Shown here in pieces: positions 1-9,905 of a stretch of 64,000 nt of DNA. This DNA comes from a candidate division WOR-3 bacterium (lineage in GTDB: Bacteria; Hydrothermota; Tepidihabitantia; Tepidihabitantales; Tepidihabitantaceae), in NCBI GenBank assembly GCA_965649295.1, contig CBFGKH010000011.1, positions 10,748 through 74,747 of the forward strand, in the 5' to 3' direction. Each line of letters begins with the position of its first letter. Within the stretch, counting starts at the first letter, position 1. The notes under the pieces were generated by a model that ran no database searches, was not told the DNA's origin, and saw nothing but the letters and a program-made list of their open reading frames with translations. Both the position numbers and the translations under genes were made by a program.

Positions 1-1
1 A

Positions 2-781
2 GACACGCAGGATGCCGAGCAGCTCAAAGACCCGACGTTTCAGTTCCTCAAGTCCGGCATTGGTTTCGACCGAGACGAGCAGCACCGGTGTATCGGCGAT
101 GAGCTCGCGCAGGATTAATAGTCGGTCTTGGGCCTGGGGGTCGTCGCTCTTGGTACCGAGGAGCAAACCGCGTTTGGTGAGGCCAAGCGGGCCGGGAGTA
201 GGCTCGTCGGCCTTCACTTCGGGTGGGCGAATCAGCCGATTAGCAAGGAGCAGACCGCGGGTCTCGTCAAAGCGTTCGAGCAGCGCGTCGTCACTGAGGT
301 CGAGCAGCCAGAGCAGGACGTCGGAAGTGCGCAGGATATGAAAGAGCCAGGGCGGTGAGTCGGGCGCGACCGGCGGTGTGTCCACAAGCTGAATCTGAAT
401 ATCCTCGAACGGCATCATCCCAGCAGCCGGGGCAGTCGTGGTGTAAGGATAGGCAGCAACTTCGGTGCGCAGACCGGTGAGGCGATTGACAAGCGCGGAT
501 TTGCCCGCATTGGGAGAGCCGAAGACAACTGCCTGGCCAGCACCCTGTTTCTCGACGTGGAACCAGTCGCCCCTTCTCGCTCCAGCCTTGGTTCCGCTCA
601 TTAGCTCTTTCTTTAGCTTGGCGATGCGCGTCTTCAGGTCGGCCTGCATCTTCTCGGTGCCCTTGTGCTTGGGAATGGTCTGGAGCATCTCTTCGAGACA
701 GAGCAGCCGTTCTTCGGGGGTTGTGGCCTGACGGTATTTCTCTTCGGCCTTTTTGAACTCAGGGGAAAGATTAGCCGGCAT
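2..781 (-). CDS. DRG/Obg-family GTPase, running off the window start
   Basis: Absent from the ORF track (no stop in window). Manual translation from ATG 781: MPANLSPEFKKAEEKY...IPKHKGTEKMQADLK...GSPNAGKS (G1)...YPYTT (G2)...QLVDTPP (G3), typical of DRG-like GTPases. Confidence 0.85.
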   Translation of the reverse strand, partial: MPANLSPEFKKAEEKYRQATTPEERLLCLEEMLQTIPKHKGTEKMQADLKTRIAKLKKELMSGTKAGARRGDWFHVEKQGAGQAVVFGSPNAGKSALVNRLTGLRTEVAAYPYTTTAPAAGMMPFEDIQIQLVDTPPVAPDSPPWLFHILRTSDVLLWLLDLSDDALLERFDETRGLLLANRLIRPPEVKADEPTPGPLGLTKRGLLLGTKSDDPQAQDRLLILRELIADTPVLLVSVETNAGLEELKRRVFELLGILRV

Positions 782-817
782 CGGTGATATTTATAGCCTG
801 ATTTGCCTCAAAAGCAA

Positions 818-840
818 GCAGCCCTGCGGAGCAGGGCTGC
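818..840 (-). terminator. Intrinsic terminator-like hairpin ending the serA-DUF1015 unit
   Basis: GCAGCCCTGC-GGA-GCAGGGCTGC perfect stem followed on the minus strand by TTGCTTTT. Confidence 0.6.
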
Positions 841-1027
841 CCGAATCGGTTAACTCTTAGTCGCCGTCTTGTGACCGCTGTTCGATATCGAACTGGACCC
901 GGTAACGGACGTCGCGGTCCCCGAACCTGCTCAAAAAATTGGTGGTGACATAGGTGATGCCCTGACCAACGGTCGGCTCGGAAACCGGGCGACCATGCTC
1001 TCGTCCATGAGACTCGGCTCAAAGGGG

Positions 1028-2308
1028 TTAGACCTTCTCGTTAGGCCCGATGTCGAAGAAGACAAGACCCGAGACGAGCTTGGGGTAGAAGTCGGTTGAC
1101 TTCTGCGGCATCCGTTCACCGTGGCTCGCAACGAGTGAGACCTGTTCGGCGCGGGTGGGGTTGGTCAGTAGCGCAAGTTGGAACTCGCCGGCGTCAACCC
1201 GGGCCATTGCCGTCTCCGGCTTCCGCTCATAGGCGACGTGGTCCTCGACCTTGTCTGCAGGTACGCCAAAGACCTGGTCAATGAGCAGGGTATGGAGTAC
1301 GGTTACGGCCAGACCCTTGTAGTCGGCACTCCGGTCGGTGATGAACCTGTCAATGGCGCGGTTGTCATTCAAGCGGAGCAGCCAGGTCTTATTCCTACCG
1401 GCATGGAGTACAAAGAGATGTGTATCCGGAGTGAAGTTCTTTGCTAGCGCGGACGGGGCTTGTTCGTCGGCGACCGGACTGACTGTAAACCACTGTCGAA
1501 TCTTCTGCCAGGCAATGTCCCAGTCTATCTCGCCAAGACCGTAGAGCAGCCGGTGGGTGGGCAGAATGACCAGGCCGGGGTCGGCAATGTTGATGAAGGC
1601 GGTGGTCTTGAAGCGCAGGGCGGCATCGGCAGCAACTGGCCCGGCAGCTTCCATCTCCTTACGATAGTTGAGTGCGGTTTCGTAGCGGTGATGGCCGTCA
1701 GCAATGAGCAGGGTTTTGGGCCGCATCAGCTCGCGAACCTGCTGGATTTTAGTTGGGTCGGTAACTGCCCAGACCCGCTGGAACACACCGTAGTCATCAG
1801 TCGCCTCCATAATCGGACTGGTGGTGGGACTGAGTAGCGCGTCCACGGCGTGCTCGGGGTCGGAATAGAGCAGGAATATCTGCTCGTAGTCTTTTTGGGT
1901 GGCGCGTAGCATGTTCAGTCGGTCAGCCTTGGGTTTGGAAAGGGTGCGCTCGTGGGCGAGAATCTCACCTTTTTCGAACTCTTCAACCCGCACCACGCCG
2001 ATGAAGCCTCGCCGGGTATAGCGCTTGCCGTCGAGTTCGAACTCCTGCTCGATGACGTAGAAGGCTGGCGCATGGTCACGGATGAGCGTCGAGTCGGCAA
2101 GCCACTTGTCCAGCGTCTGCTTCGAGGCGGCATACGGATCCTGGCCTTTGGGTAGAATGAGTCGGACGAAGCTGTGTGGATCGCGAAGGTAATACTCTTC
2201 CTGCATCTGGGGGGTTATCTTGTCGTAGGGCTGGGTGATAACGGTCGAGAGGTCAGTAATCCGGGCTGGGTTGTAGCGAATGCCCTTGAATGGTCTGATG
2301 TCTGCCAT
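1028..2308 (-). CDS. DUF1015 family protein
   Basis: N-terminal IRPFKGIRY/PYD, HERT, IADGHHRYETA and C-terminal MPQKSTDFYPK motifs; directly downstream of serA. Confidence 0.9.
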   Translation of the reverse strand: MADIRPFKGIRYNPARITDLSTVITQPYDKITPQMQEEYYLRDPHSFVRLILPKGQDPYAASKQTLDKWLADSTLIRDHAPAFYVIEQEFELDGKRYTRRGFIGVVRVEEFEKGEILAHERTLSKPKADRLNMLRATQKDYEQIFLLYSDPEHAVDALLSPTTSPIMEATDDYGVFQRVWAVTDPTKIQQVRELMRPKTLLIADGHHRYETALNYRKEMEAAGPVAADAALRFKTTAFINIADPGLVILPTHRLLYGLGEIDWDIAWQKIRQWFTVSPVADEQAPSALAKNFTPDTHLFVLHAGRNKTWLLRLNDNRAIDRFITDRSADYKGLAVTVLHTLLIDQVFGVPADKVEDHVAYERKPETAMARVDAGEFQLALLTNPTRAEQVSLVASHGERMPQKSTDFYPKLVSGLVFFDIGPNEKV

Positions 2309-2314
2309 TGCTGC

Positions 2315-3217
2315 TTACCTGCCAAGCAGAACCTTGCGGACTTCTTCGGCAATGCCGATGCCGGCGCGTTCCTGACCTTCCTTAGTCTGGGCGCCGATGT
2401 GCGGCGTGCCGATGACATTGGGTAGCGAGAAGAGTTTGTAGTCCTTGAGCGGCTCGGTCTCATAGACGTCGAGCGCGGCCATTGCAACTTGGCCGGACTG
2501 CAGCGCCTCGTATAGTGCCTCTTCATCAACCACACCGCCGCGGGCACAGTTGATGATGACTACGCCTCGCTTCATCTGAGCGATTGTCTCGCGGTTAATC
2601 ATGTGATAGGTCTGTTCGGTTTTGGGGACGTGGAGCGAGATGTAGTCGGCCTGTCGGATGAGCTCAGGCAGCTCGCACAGCTTGCCGGCTTGGCATTCCT
2701 TGATGAACGGGTCAAAGACGAGCACGCTCATGCCCAAGGCCACGCAGCGCTTGGCCAGCTCAGTGCCAATGCGGCCCGAGCCGATGAGCCCAAGAGTCTT
2801 GCCATAAAGCTCAGTGCCCTTGAAAATCTTCTTTTCCCACTTGCCGACCCGTAGTGAGATTGTCGCCTGGGGAATAGAACGAGCGCAAGCGAGCATCATT
2901 CCCAGCGCGAGTTCTGCCACCGAGATTGAGGTGGCGGCGGGTGTGTTCACGACTTTGATGCCGCGGGCCTCGGCCGCTTTCTTGTCAACATTGTCAAGGC
3001 CAACACCGGCGCGGCCAATGCACTTGAGATTGGTGCCAGCGTTGATGATATCGGCAGTCACCTTGGTGGCGCTGCGGACAATGATGGCGTCGTACTGGGG
3101 GATGACCTTGATAAGTTCTTCTGGAGGTAGGCCAGGGCTTTCGGTAACTTCGAGGCCGGCGGCTTTGAGCATCTCTACGCCTTTTGGCGAGATTGGGTCA
3201 GTGATGATGACTTTCAT
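2315..3217 (-). CDS. serA: D-3-phosphoglycerate dehydrogenase-like hydroxyacid dehydrogenase (short form, no ACT domain)
   Basis: Start reassigned to MKVIITD (GAGGAG RBS). VRSATKV, GRAGVGLDNVD, GxGxIG, NCARGG and TPHIGAQT motifs. Confidence 0.8.
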   Translation of the reverse strand: MKVIITDPISPKGVEMLKAAGLEVTESPGLPPEELIKVIPQYDAIIVRSATKVTADIINAGTNLKCIGRAGVGLDNVDKKAAEARGIKVVNTPAATSISVAELALGMMLACARSIPQATISLRVGKWEKKIFKGTELYGKTLGLIGSGRIGTELAKRCVALGMSVLVFDPFIKECQAGKLCELPELIRQADYISLHVPKTEQTYHMINRETIAQMKRGVVIINCARGGVVDEEALYEALQSGQVAMAALDVYETEPLKDYKLFSLPNVIGTPHIGAQTKEGQERAGIGIAEEVRKVLLGR

Positions 3218-3971
3218 GCAATCTCCTCGTTGACAGTTTGCAGGTAGGTGTTTACGCCCTATCGTAGCCGAATGAAGCCAGAAGTCAACCGGGCCAGGAC
3301 AGACGGTTGCCAAGATGCGAGTTCTGCACTCCTTTGATAGCGATGGACAGCACGTTGAAGCGATTGCTCCAGGTCGCAGCGGATGGGAGGGATGCGTTCT
3401 CGGTCACGGCATAAGGGACTTTGGGTGATAACGATGAACGATGCAAGATAGCCGGGACAGCATAAGTTGCTGGAAAGACAGGAAATGTGGGTGGGGATTA
3501 GGCCGGCATTGCTGCGGTGACAGTCAAGGGGGAGTGATTGCCGGGGTGACTTGGGACGGCAGAATCTGGGCGAATATCGTAGGGATTTGGGCTCTCACTA
3601 TATGGTGTAACCTCCTAATTTGTTTGGACTTGAGTTGCCAAGATAAATGCTACTTTAGATGGCGTGCGAGTGTGGATTGGTGCGCGGAGGCTGGTCTTGG
3701 GTTTAGGCTGGGTTTGAGGCTGGCAAGTAGTTGCGTTGCGAGTCTCTGGTGGAAGTCGGAAGGCAGGATGGTGTGCAGGGGCCGACTGGCTCGCGGCGCA
3801 GACGCCGCGGATAGGGCTGTCTGTCGGCAGCAGGGTTAGGACGGTCAGGGTGGGTGTGAGGCGCTTCACGTAGCGATAGTTGCCATGTGGCAGTGGGCGG
3901 TCAAGTACGCGATGTCAGGATGCAGATTGTAGATAGTAGATGGCAGGTCGAGGAGCCGGCCGGGACTAAAT

Positions 3972-3990
3972 GAGCCCCGGGAGGGGGCTC
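3972..3990 (-). terminator. Hairpin downstream of the 2-oxoacid oxidoreductase operon
   Basis: GAGCCCC-GGGAG-GGGGCTC inverted repeat. Confidence 0.45.
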
Positions 3991-4015
3991 TCGCAGTCGC
4001 GGGAAAGCGCCAGAA

Positions 4016-4573
4016 CTAGGTTGCCGCGTTCAGTTTCTCGAGACCGATGGCGTAGCCTTTTTCGAAGGCTTCGATGTTCTTTTGTAGCAGCCTTTCCGGC
4101 ACGGTGCCGGGAATTGAGTCGAGGACGGCCTGCTTGGGGATAATCTTGGTGATGGCGATGATGAAGCCAATCATGACGAAGTTGGCGTAGAGCCGATTGC
4201 CGAGTGCTTCGGCGATGCGGGTGGCGGGTATCGAATACTGCTTGATATTGCCGCGAACCGGATGAGGTTTGACCAGGTCTTCTTCGAGTAGCAGGATGCC
4301 GTCGTCCTTGAGTTCAGGCTCGAACTTCTCGTAGGCTTCCTGCGACATTGCTACTAGGATGTCAGGCCGGGTGAGGTAGGGGTAGAGTATTTCGGAGTCG
4401 GATATTACAAGCTGGGCCGAGCAGGCGCCACCACGGGCCTCCGGGCCGAAGCTCTGGGTGAGGGTGGCGTTCTGACCGTTGTTGATGGCGGCAGCTTTAC
4501 CCAGGGCCATGCCGATACGGATGATGCCCTGGCCGCCGAATCCGGATACTTTGATTTCGACGTTACTTGCCAT
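4016..4573 (-). CDS. korC: 2-oxoacid:ferredoxin oxidoreductase gamma subunit
   Basis: GFGGQG, SFGPEARGG and terminal NxxAFEKG motifs; operon context. Confidence 0.9.
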   Translation of the reverse strand: MASNVEIKVSGFGGQGIIRIGMALGKAAAINNGQNATLTQSFGPEARGGACSAQLVISDSEILYPYLTRPDILVAMSQEAYEKFEPELKDDGILLLEEDLVKPHPVRGNIKQYSIPATRIAEALGNRLYANFVMIGFIIAITKIIPKQAVLDSIPGTVPERLLQKNIEAFEKGYAIGLEKLNAAT

Positions 4574-5462
4574 CAGGGTTCATTGGGCCGACATAGGGCA
4601 CATACTTGCTGCCGAGCACCTTGCGGAACTGCTCGTCCATGGCGTCGAGGAAGGTCGGCACTTCTTTCTGGACAAACTTGCCGACGATGATGTCCTGCTG
4701 GAAGCGAATGTCGCAGTCGCGGGTGTTGGCGAAGTTCCTGGTTATTGAGTGGTCGTGGTAGAACTTCATTAGATCGAGGCCCGAGCCGAGTCGGTTACGA
4801 CGGCCATAGACGGTCGGGCAGGGGGAGATGACTTCGATGAAGGAGAAGCCGCGGTGGAGCAGCGCCTCTTTGATTGCGACAGTGAGCTGGCGGACGTGGA
4901 GTGCGGTCCAACGGGCGACGTAGGTGGCACCACAGGATTCGACCAGGAACGGGATATTGAACGGGCGTTCGAATGCGCCGTAGGGGGTGGTTGTTGCCTG
5001 GGCGGTTTCGGGCGTGGTCGGGCCAGCTTGGCCGCCAGTCATGGCGTAGTTGAAGTTGTTGACGCAGATGACGGTCATGTCCATGTTGCGGCGGGCAGCA
5101 TGAATCAGGTGGTTGCCGCCGATGGAGACGATGTCGCCGTCGCCAGAGATGACGCAGACCTTGAGTCGAGGGTTGCCGAGCTTCAGTCCGGTGGCGAAAG
5201 GCAGGGCACGACCGTGGGTGGTGTGGAACGAGTCGAACTGGAGATAGCCGGCAGCGCGGCCGGTGCAGCCGATGCCCGAGACAACGCAAATGTCCTGGCG
5301 CGGCAGGCCGCTCTCTTTGACGGCGGCGATGAAGGCGGTCAGACAAGTTCCCAGTCCGCAGGTTGAGCACCAGATGTGGGGCATCCGATCCATCCGGAGG
5401 TAATCCTCCATTGGATGGTGGTCAGCAGTGCCGCGTTCAATAATGAGTTGATTTGGGTTCAC
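4563..5462 (-). CDS. korB: 2-oxoacid:ferredoxin oxidoreductase beta (TPP-binding) subunit
   Basis: WCxxCG, SGIGC, HTTHGR, GDGD...NN and MTGGQ motifs. Confidence 0.92.
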   Translation of the reverse strand: MNPNQLIIERGTADHHPMEDYLRMDRMPHIWCSTCGLGTCLTAFIAAVKESGLPRQDICVVSGIGCTGRAAGYLQFDSFHTTHGRALPFATGLKLGNPRLKVCVISGDGDIVSIGGNHLIHAARRNMDMTVICVNNFNYAMTGGQAGPTTPETAQATTTPYGAFERPFNIPFLVESCGATYVARWTALHVRQLTVAIKEALLHRGFSFIEVISPCPTVYGRRNRLGSGLDLMKFYHDHSITRNFANTRDCDIRFQQDIIVGKFVQKEVPTFLDAMDEQFRKVLGSKYVPYVGPMNPDGK

Positions 5463-6619
5463 TTGGCGCCCTCGATGATGGCTTGAAGAATGTCGTCAGG
5501 ATTGTGCACCCAGCCACCACAGTGGGGAACGAGTTTCGTCTGGCAGCGACCGGCCGCGGCTCGCTCAAGCTCGCGGTACATCTGGCCAATGTTAATCTCC
5601 GGCATCACTAGACACTTGACCCGGCTGGCTAGATCGCGGATGCGCTTCTCAGGGAACGGCCAGACCGTGATGAGTCGGACGAAGCCAACTTTGATGCCCT
5701 GTCTACGAGCGTCAGCAATTGCTTTGGTGGCGACGCGCGAGCTGATGCCGTAGGCGACCACAACGACGGTGGCGTCCTCGGTCTGTTCTTCTTTGAGCAT
5801 TGTTATGTCGTCGGCGTTGTTGCGAATCTTGTCCACAAGGCGCGAGACGCAGAGATGCTGGCACTCGGCATTGATAATGGGATAGCCGCGTTCGTCGTGG
5901 GTGAGGCCGGTGACGTGAATGCGGTAGTCGTCGCCAGCCCGAATCATTGGCGGCACACCATCTTTGTCTGGCCGATAGGGCCGGTAGTCCTGGCGCGGGC
6001 CGTGGTACCAACGCCGGGGCAGAACTTTGATGGTGTCAGGTTCGGGAATTACGACTTTTTCGGTCATGTGGCCGACGCATTCGTCCATCATGAACAGAAC
6101 CGGCACCCGGTATTTCTCGGAGAGATTGAAACAGGTAATGGTTAAGTCGAAACATTCCTGGGGTGATGAGGGAGCAAGGGCGATTATCTCGTAGTCGCCG
6201 TGGGAGCCCCAGCGGGCCTGCATCATATCCTGCTGGCCAGTGAGGGTGGGCAGGCCGGTCGAGGGGCCGCCGCGCTGGACATTGACGACAACACAAGGAG
6301 TTTCGGTCATGATGCCGAGCCCAATATTCTCCATCATCAGCGAGAAGCCAGGGCCGGATGTGACAGTCATTGCCTTGGCACCAGCCCAGGCCGCGCCGAG
6401 TACGGCGGCAATCGAGGCGAGTTCGTCCTCCATCTGGATGAACGTGCCGCCAATTTTGGGAAAGCGTTCGGCCAGCCGCTCGGCTACTTCGGTTGATGGG
6501 GTTATTGGGTAGCCGGCCATGAACCGACAGCCGGCAGCGATGGCGCCTTCGGCGCAGGCATGGTCGCCGTCGAGGTAGTGCGCACCAGTAAGGACTGGAC
6601 CGCGTTTGTGGCTGCTCAT
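5459..6619 (-). CDS. korA: 2-oxoacid:ferredoxin oxidoreductase alpha subunit
   Basis: GYPITPS, QMEDE, TSGPG and QRGGPSTGLPT motifs. Confidence 0.92.
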   Translation of the reverse strand: MSSHKRGPVLTGAHYLDGDHACAEGAIAAGCRFMAGYPITPSTEVAERLAERFPKIGGTFIQMEDELASIAAVLGAAWAGAKAMTVTSGPGFSLMMENIGLGIMTETPCVVVNVQRGGPSTGLPTLTGQQDMMQARWGSHGDYEIIALAPSSPQECFDLTITCFNLSEKYRVPVLFMMDECVGHMTEKVVIPEPDTIKVLPRRWYHGPRQDYRPYRPDKDGVPPMIRAGDDYRIHVTGLTHDERGYPIINAECQHLCVSRLVDKIRNNADDITMLKEEQTEDATVVVVAYGISSRVATKAIADARRQGIKVGFVRLITVWPFPEKRIRDLASRVKCLVMPEINIGQMYRELERAAAGRCQTKLVPHCGGWVHNPDDILQAIIEGAK

Positions 6620-6894
6620 GGCTGCTGTTCCACTTCTTCGCTGTCGAGTGTATTCCAGATGGCAAACTCGGGGCAGAGGGCCTCGCAGAGTCGGCAGTTG
6701 ACGCAGCGTTCGGGATGAGTCACGACCGGCGGGTGGTAGCCCTTGCGATTGAACTCGGTCGAGACTTCCATTACCTGGCGCGGACAGTAGGCGATGCAGA
6801 AGCCACAGCCTTTGCAGCGCTCGAAGATGACGTGAACGGTGCCGTGCGGAGGCTTCTTTTTGTCGGCATCAAGTGGCTTGCGCCAGTACTTCAT
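6616..6894 (-). CDS. korD: 2[4Fe-4S] ferredoxin (delta subunit)
   Basis: CKGCGFCIAYCP and CVNCRLCEALCP; overlaps the alpha subunit start. Confidence 0.9.
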   Translation of the reverse strand: MKYWRKPLDADKKKPPHGTVHVIFERCKGCGFCIAYCPRQVMEVSTEFNRKGYHPPVVTHPERCVNCRLCEALCPEFAIWNTLDSEEVEQQP

Positions 6895-7012
6895 TGCTGG
6901 TCGGTGATTATAGGCCGCGACTTCTGGCCGTCAAGGCTGGGTAGCAAACTCGACTGGACAATCGGCGAGTAGGGGTTAGGATAAGGCGGGCCGATAACTA
7001 TAAGGAGGTCCG

Positions 7013-8173
7013 ATGACAAAATACGCGGTGCCGCTAGTGACCGTTTTGGCACTGGTGCTGACCGCCGGCTGCGACCTGAACACGCCCGGGCCGACGAATC
7101 ACGAGAGTGACATCGTCGGTGGCGATTCAATCTGGTATGCAGCCGACAATCCGCATGTCGTGACCAAGACAATTCACATCCGTGAAAATGGCCGGCTGAT
7201 TGTCAAGCCCGGCTGCTTGGTCAAGTTTGCGCCCGGCGCGGCCATCATCGTCGGTTACGGGTCGCCAGGCGAGCTACAGGCGGTGGGGACACCGGATTCG
7301 ATTATCACGTTCACGTCGAATGCGGCGACGCCCAATCCCGGTGACTGGCATGGCTTCGACTTCTATGAGATGACACGCACGAGCACCCGCCTGAGTTACT
7401 GTGAGATTGACTACGCTTGCTGGCCAGACTATGCGGCAGTGAATATCGAATGGGACGGTAGCATCGGTATTGATCACACGACGATCAGGAATTCGTCCAA
7501 GTATGGTATCTGGTTTCACGTGGATGGCGGTTATGTCAGCGGCTTTACCGGTAACACGATTACGGCCTGTGGCGATTACCCGATAACAATTGGGCCCAAG
7601 AATATCGCGATGCTTCAGGGTGGTAATACGCTCACCGGCAACGGCACGCCCGCCGGCAGCAAGGATGGGATCGAGGTGGCGACCGGCGACGTCGAGGCCA
7701 CTGGCACTTGGCGTAACCAAGGGATTCCGTACATACTCAAGGGGAGCACCTCAATACACGCTGACCAGGGTGCTTATCTTACTATCGAGTCAGGTACGAC
7801 AGTCAAGATGGGAACTGGTTGCCACATTGCCATCGCTAACAACAGTCAGCCCGGTGGGCTGATTGCCGATAGCGTAGTGTTCACGTCGGCTGCCCTCAGT
7901 CCACAGGCTGGTGACTGGGATGGAATCTGGTTCTACAGTAACTCGACTGATGCCCAGTGCCGGTTGACGCGCTGCCGGATTGAGTACGGGGGTGGCGACG
8001 GTTACGGCAATATCTGGATTGAGGATGCGTTGCCAACGATAACCGGTTGCTATATTGGTCACTCTGCTTCCTATGGAATCTATCTTGAGGGCACGGTTTA
8101 TCCGGCGCCGGCAGACCTGCTGGCTAATAACACTTTCGAGAGTAATCCGTCGGGTGACGTTCGGGTACCGTAG
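7013..8173 (+). CDS. Lipoprotein with right-handed parallel beta-helix repeats
   Basis: AGGAGG RBS; lipobox LTAGC; duplicated unit ITFTS..PGDWHGFDFY / VVFTS..AGDWDGIWFY; YGIW/YGIY beta-helix repeats. Confidence 0.75.
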   Translation: MTKYAVPLVTVLALVLTAGCDLNTPGPTNHESDIVGGDSIWYAADNPHVVTKTIHIRENGRLIVKPGCLVKFAPGAAIIVGYGSPGELQAVGTPDSIITFTSNAATPNPGDWHGFDFYEMTRTSTRLSYCEIDYACWPDYAAVNIEWDGSIGIDHTTIRNSSKYGIWFHVDGGYVSGFTGNTITACGDYPITIGPKNIAMLQGGNTLTGNGTPAGSKDGIEVATGDVEATGTWRNQGIPYILKGSTSIHADQGAYLTIESGTTVKMGTGCHIAIANNSQPGGLIADSVVFTSAALSPQAGDWDGIWFYSNSTDAQCRLTRCRIEYGGGDGYGNIWIEDALPTITGCYIGHSASYGIYLEGTVYPAPADLLANNTFESNPSGDVRVP

Positions 8174-8191
8174 CCGGTTGTTATCTATCCC

Positions 8192-8222
8192 AAGGGGCGG
8201 CAATGCCGCCCCTTGCTTTTTC
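8192..8222. terminator. Terminator between convergent genes
   Basis: AAGGGGCGGC-AAT-GCCGCCCCTT followed by a T-run. Confidence 0.7.
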
Positions 8223-8240
8223 GGCCGCCCCGATGTGGGG

Positions 8241-9455
8241 TTAGTTAGTGGACCGTGGTCGCCAGGAAGGCGAGATGACGCGCGGGCCGGAAATCTGTTC
8301 GCTTAGACTGGCGCGGGCAACGGCAAACTCGCGGTACTTGTCGTTCAGACTATCCACCGCAGTGAAGAGCGATTCGGCCGGTTGGTTTTCGAACATTGCT
8401 TGCTGTCTTAAGTTTCGTACCAGGTTGGATACGCTGATGCCGAGCAGGCGGATGAATCGCGGCGGCTGGTAGAGTTCATTGAATAGTCTCAGGCCAATTT
8501 GGTAGATGCGGTGGCCGTCGGCTAGGTAGTTGCGTAAGCTGTGCTGTTTGGTGAAGGTCGAGAAGTCAGCGTAGCGAAGCAGAAGACTGACCGTGCGGCC
8601 GGCATAGCCGTCACGACGGAGCCGGCGGCCAACCTGTTCGGATAGTTGGAGCAGGTGGCGTCGGATAAGAGCCGGGTCCCGGGTGTCCTGGGACAGCGTT
8701 AGCGAGTGGCCCATTGATTTAGTCGCGGGTTCGTGGTAGTAGGGAAGAACCGGGCTGTCGCTTCGGCCTTGGCCGATATGTTTCAACTGGGTGCCGATGA
8801 TACCGAAAATGCTGACGAGGGTCTTTTCCGGAAACCGCCCCAGTTCGCCACAAGTGCGAATGCCAAGCTGGTTGAGCTTCGCTTTGGTCTTCGCGCCGAT
8901 GCCGCATAGATTCTCAACAGGTAGCTTTTCGAGCAGACCGGGGATTTCTTCTTGGCGGATAATGGTCAGACCATCAGGTTTATGCATGTCGCTGATAAGC
9001 TTGGCGATGAGTTTATTCGGAGCGATGCCGATAGAACAGGTTAGACCGAAATGCTCTTTGAGCCAGACTTTGATCTGGCGGCCAATCGCCTCGGGACCAC
9101 CGAAGAGATGAGCGGTTTGGGTAACATCGAGGAATGCTTCGTCAATGGAGAAGACCTCGACGAGATCGGTGAAAGTCGTGTAGTAGGCGAGGATACGGGT
9201 TGAGGTGTCAACGTAACGGGCTGGATTGCCGCTGACAAGGATGATTTCCGGACAGAGCCGGCGGGCCTCCGGGATGGTCATGGCGGTTTTGACTCCGCGG
9301 CGCTTGGCCTCGTAGGAGGCGGCGGCAATGACCGTTCGGCCGTTTGGGTCACCGCAGACACCGATTGGTTTCCCACGGAGGAAAGGGAAAACCTGCTGTT
9401 CGACTGACGCAAAGAATGCGTCCATATCAATGTGGAGAACAATGCGTTCAGCCAA
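8241..9455 (-). CDS. dinB: DNA polymerase IV (Y-family)
   Basis: HIDMDAFFASVEQ, AASYEA, SIDEAFLD, SIGIAPNKLIAK and KPDG motifs. Confidence 0.95.
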   Translation of the reverse strand: MAERIVLHIDMDAFFASVEQQVFPFLRGKPIGVCGDPNGRTVIAAASYEAKRRGVKTAMTIPEARRLCPEIILVSGNPARYVDTSTRILAYYTTFTDLVEVFSIDEAFLDVTQTAHLFGGPEAIGRQIKVWLKEHFGLTCSIGIAPNKLIAKLISDMHKPDGLTIIRQEEIPGLLEKLPVENLCGIGAKTKAKLNQLGIRTCGELGRFPEKTLVSIFGIIGTQLKHIGQGRSDSPVLPYYHEPATKSMGHSLTLSQDTRDPALIRRHLLQLSEQVGRRLRRDGYAGRTVSLLLRYADFSTFTKQHSLRNYLADGHRIYQIGLRLFNELYQPPRFIRLLGISVSNLVRNLRQQAMFENQPAESLFTAVDSLNDKYREFAVARASLSEQISGPRVISPSWRPRSTN

Positions 9456-9539
9456 TGGTTATCCCTGAGGGTTGGTTCTCAACGAAGCTGTTCAGACCCT
9501 GGGCTCGAAATTGCAAATCGGAAATCGCCGTTGGTAGAT

Positions 9540-9896
9540 TCACTCGCTGTAGGTGCCGGTCAGGGTCCAATCGAAGCTCTTGGCGTTATAGCAAAGCTCG
9601 AAGAGATTGGCGCCGTCAGAAACAGTGTAATGATAGATCTCAGCTTCGCCGCGGTTCTCACGCCAGACATAGGTGATTTCTTGAACTCGGTACTCCTGGT
9701 TACGCCAGATAAAGAGCACCGGCCGTAGCTTGTCATGGGGAAAACGGCGATCACTGGTCTGTTTGTACACGGCATAGACTTTGATGCTTTCGTTCAAACG
9801 GATGTGAGTCATCTTGCCCTCCTTGGGGGACGCCTGGGACTTGAGGGCCGTATTGCCGCTAGTGGGCCATAATGTGGTTTGATTGGTGACTGGCAT
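9540..9896 (-). CDS. Small conserved protein between lexA and dinB (DUF6504/YolD-like accessory candidate); alternative start 9812
   Basis: AGGAGG RBS before both ATG 9896 and ATG 9812; P.LF.WRN..YRV..I..W.E...YTV..G..FEL.Y...W.L pattern. Confidence 0.65.
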   Translation of the reverse strand: MPVTNQTTLWPTSGNTALKSQASPKEGKMTHIRLNESIKVYAVYKQTSDRRFPHDKLRPVLFIWRNQEYRVQEITYVWRENRGEAEIYHYTVSDGANLFELCYNAKSFDWTLTGTYSE

Positions 9897-9905
9897 TCTT
9901 ACCTC

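Noticed and set aside
845..1027. Possible 6S RNA in the DUF1015 3' region (CCCC..GAGCC / GGTTCGGGG pairing)
   Set aside because: The 5' arm would overlap the CDS and I cannot build the closing stem. The stretch also reads as a start-less 53-codon frame (857-1018) in phase with DUF1015 after two stops, so a gene remnant is as likely.
3441..3869. ORFs of 132 aa (+) and 84 aa (-)
   Set aside because: Low-complexity translations with no motif or RBS; better explained by the skewed repeat-like tract
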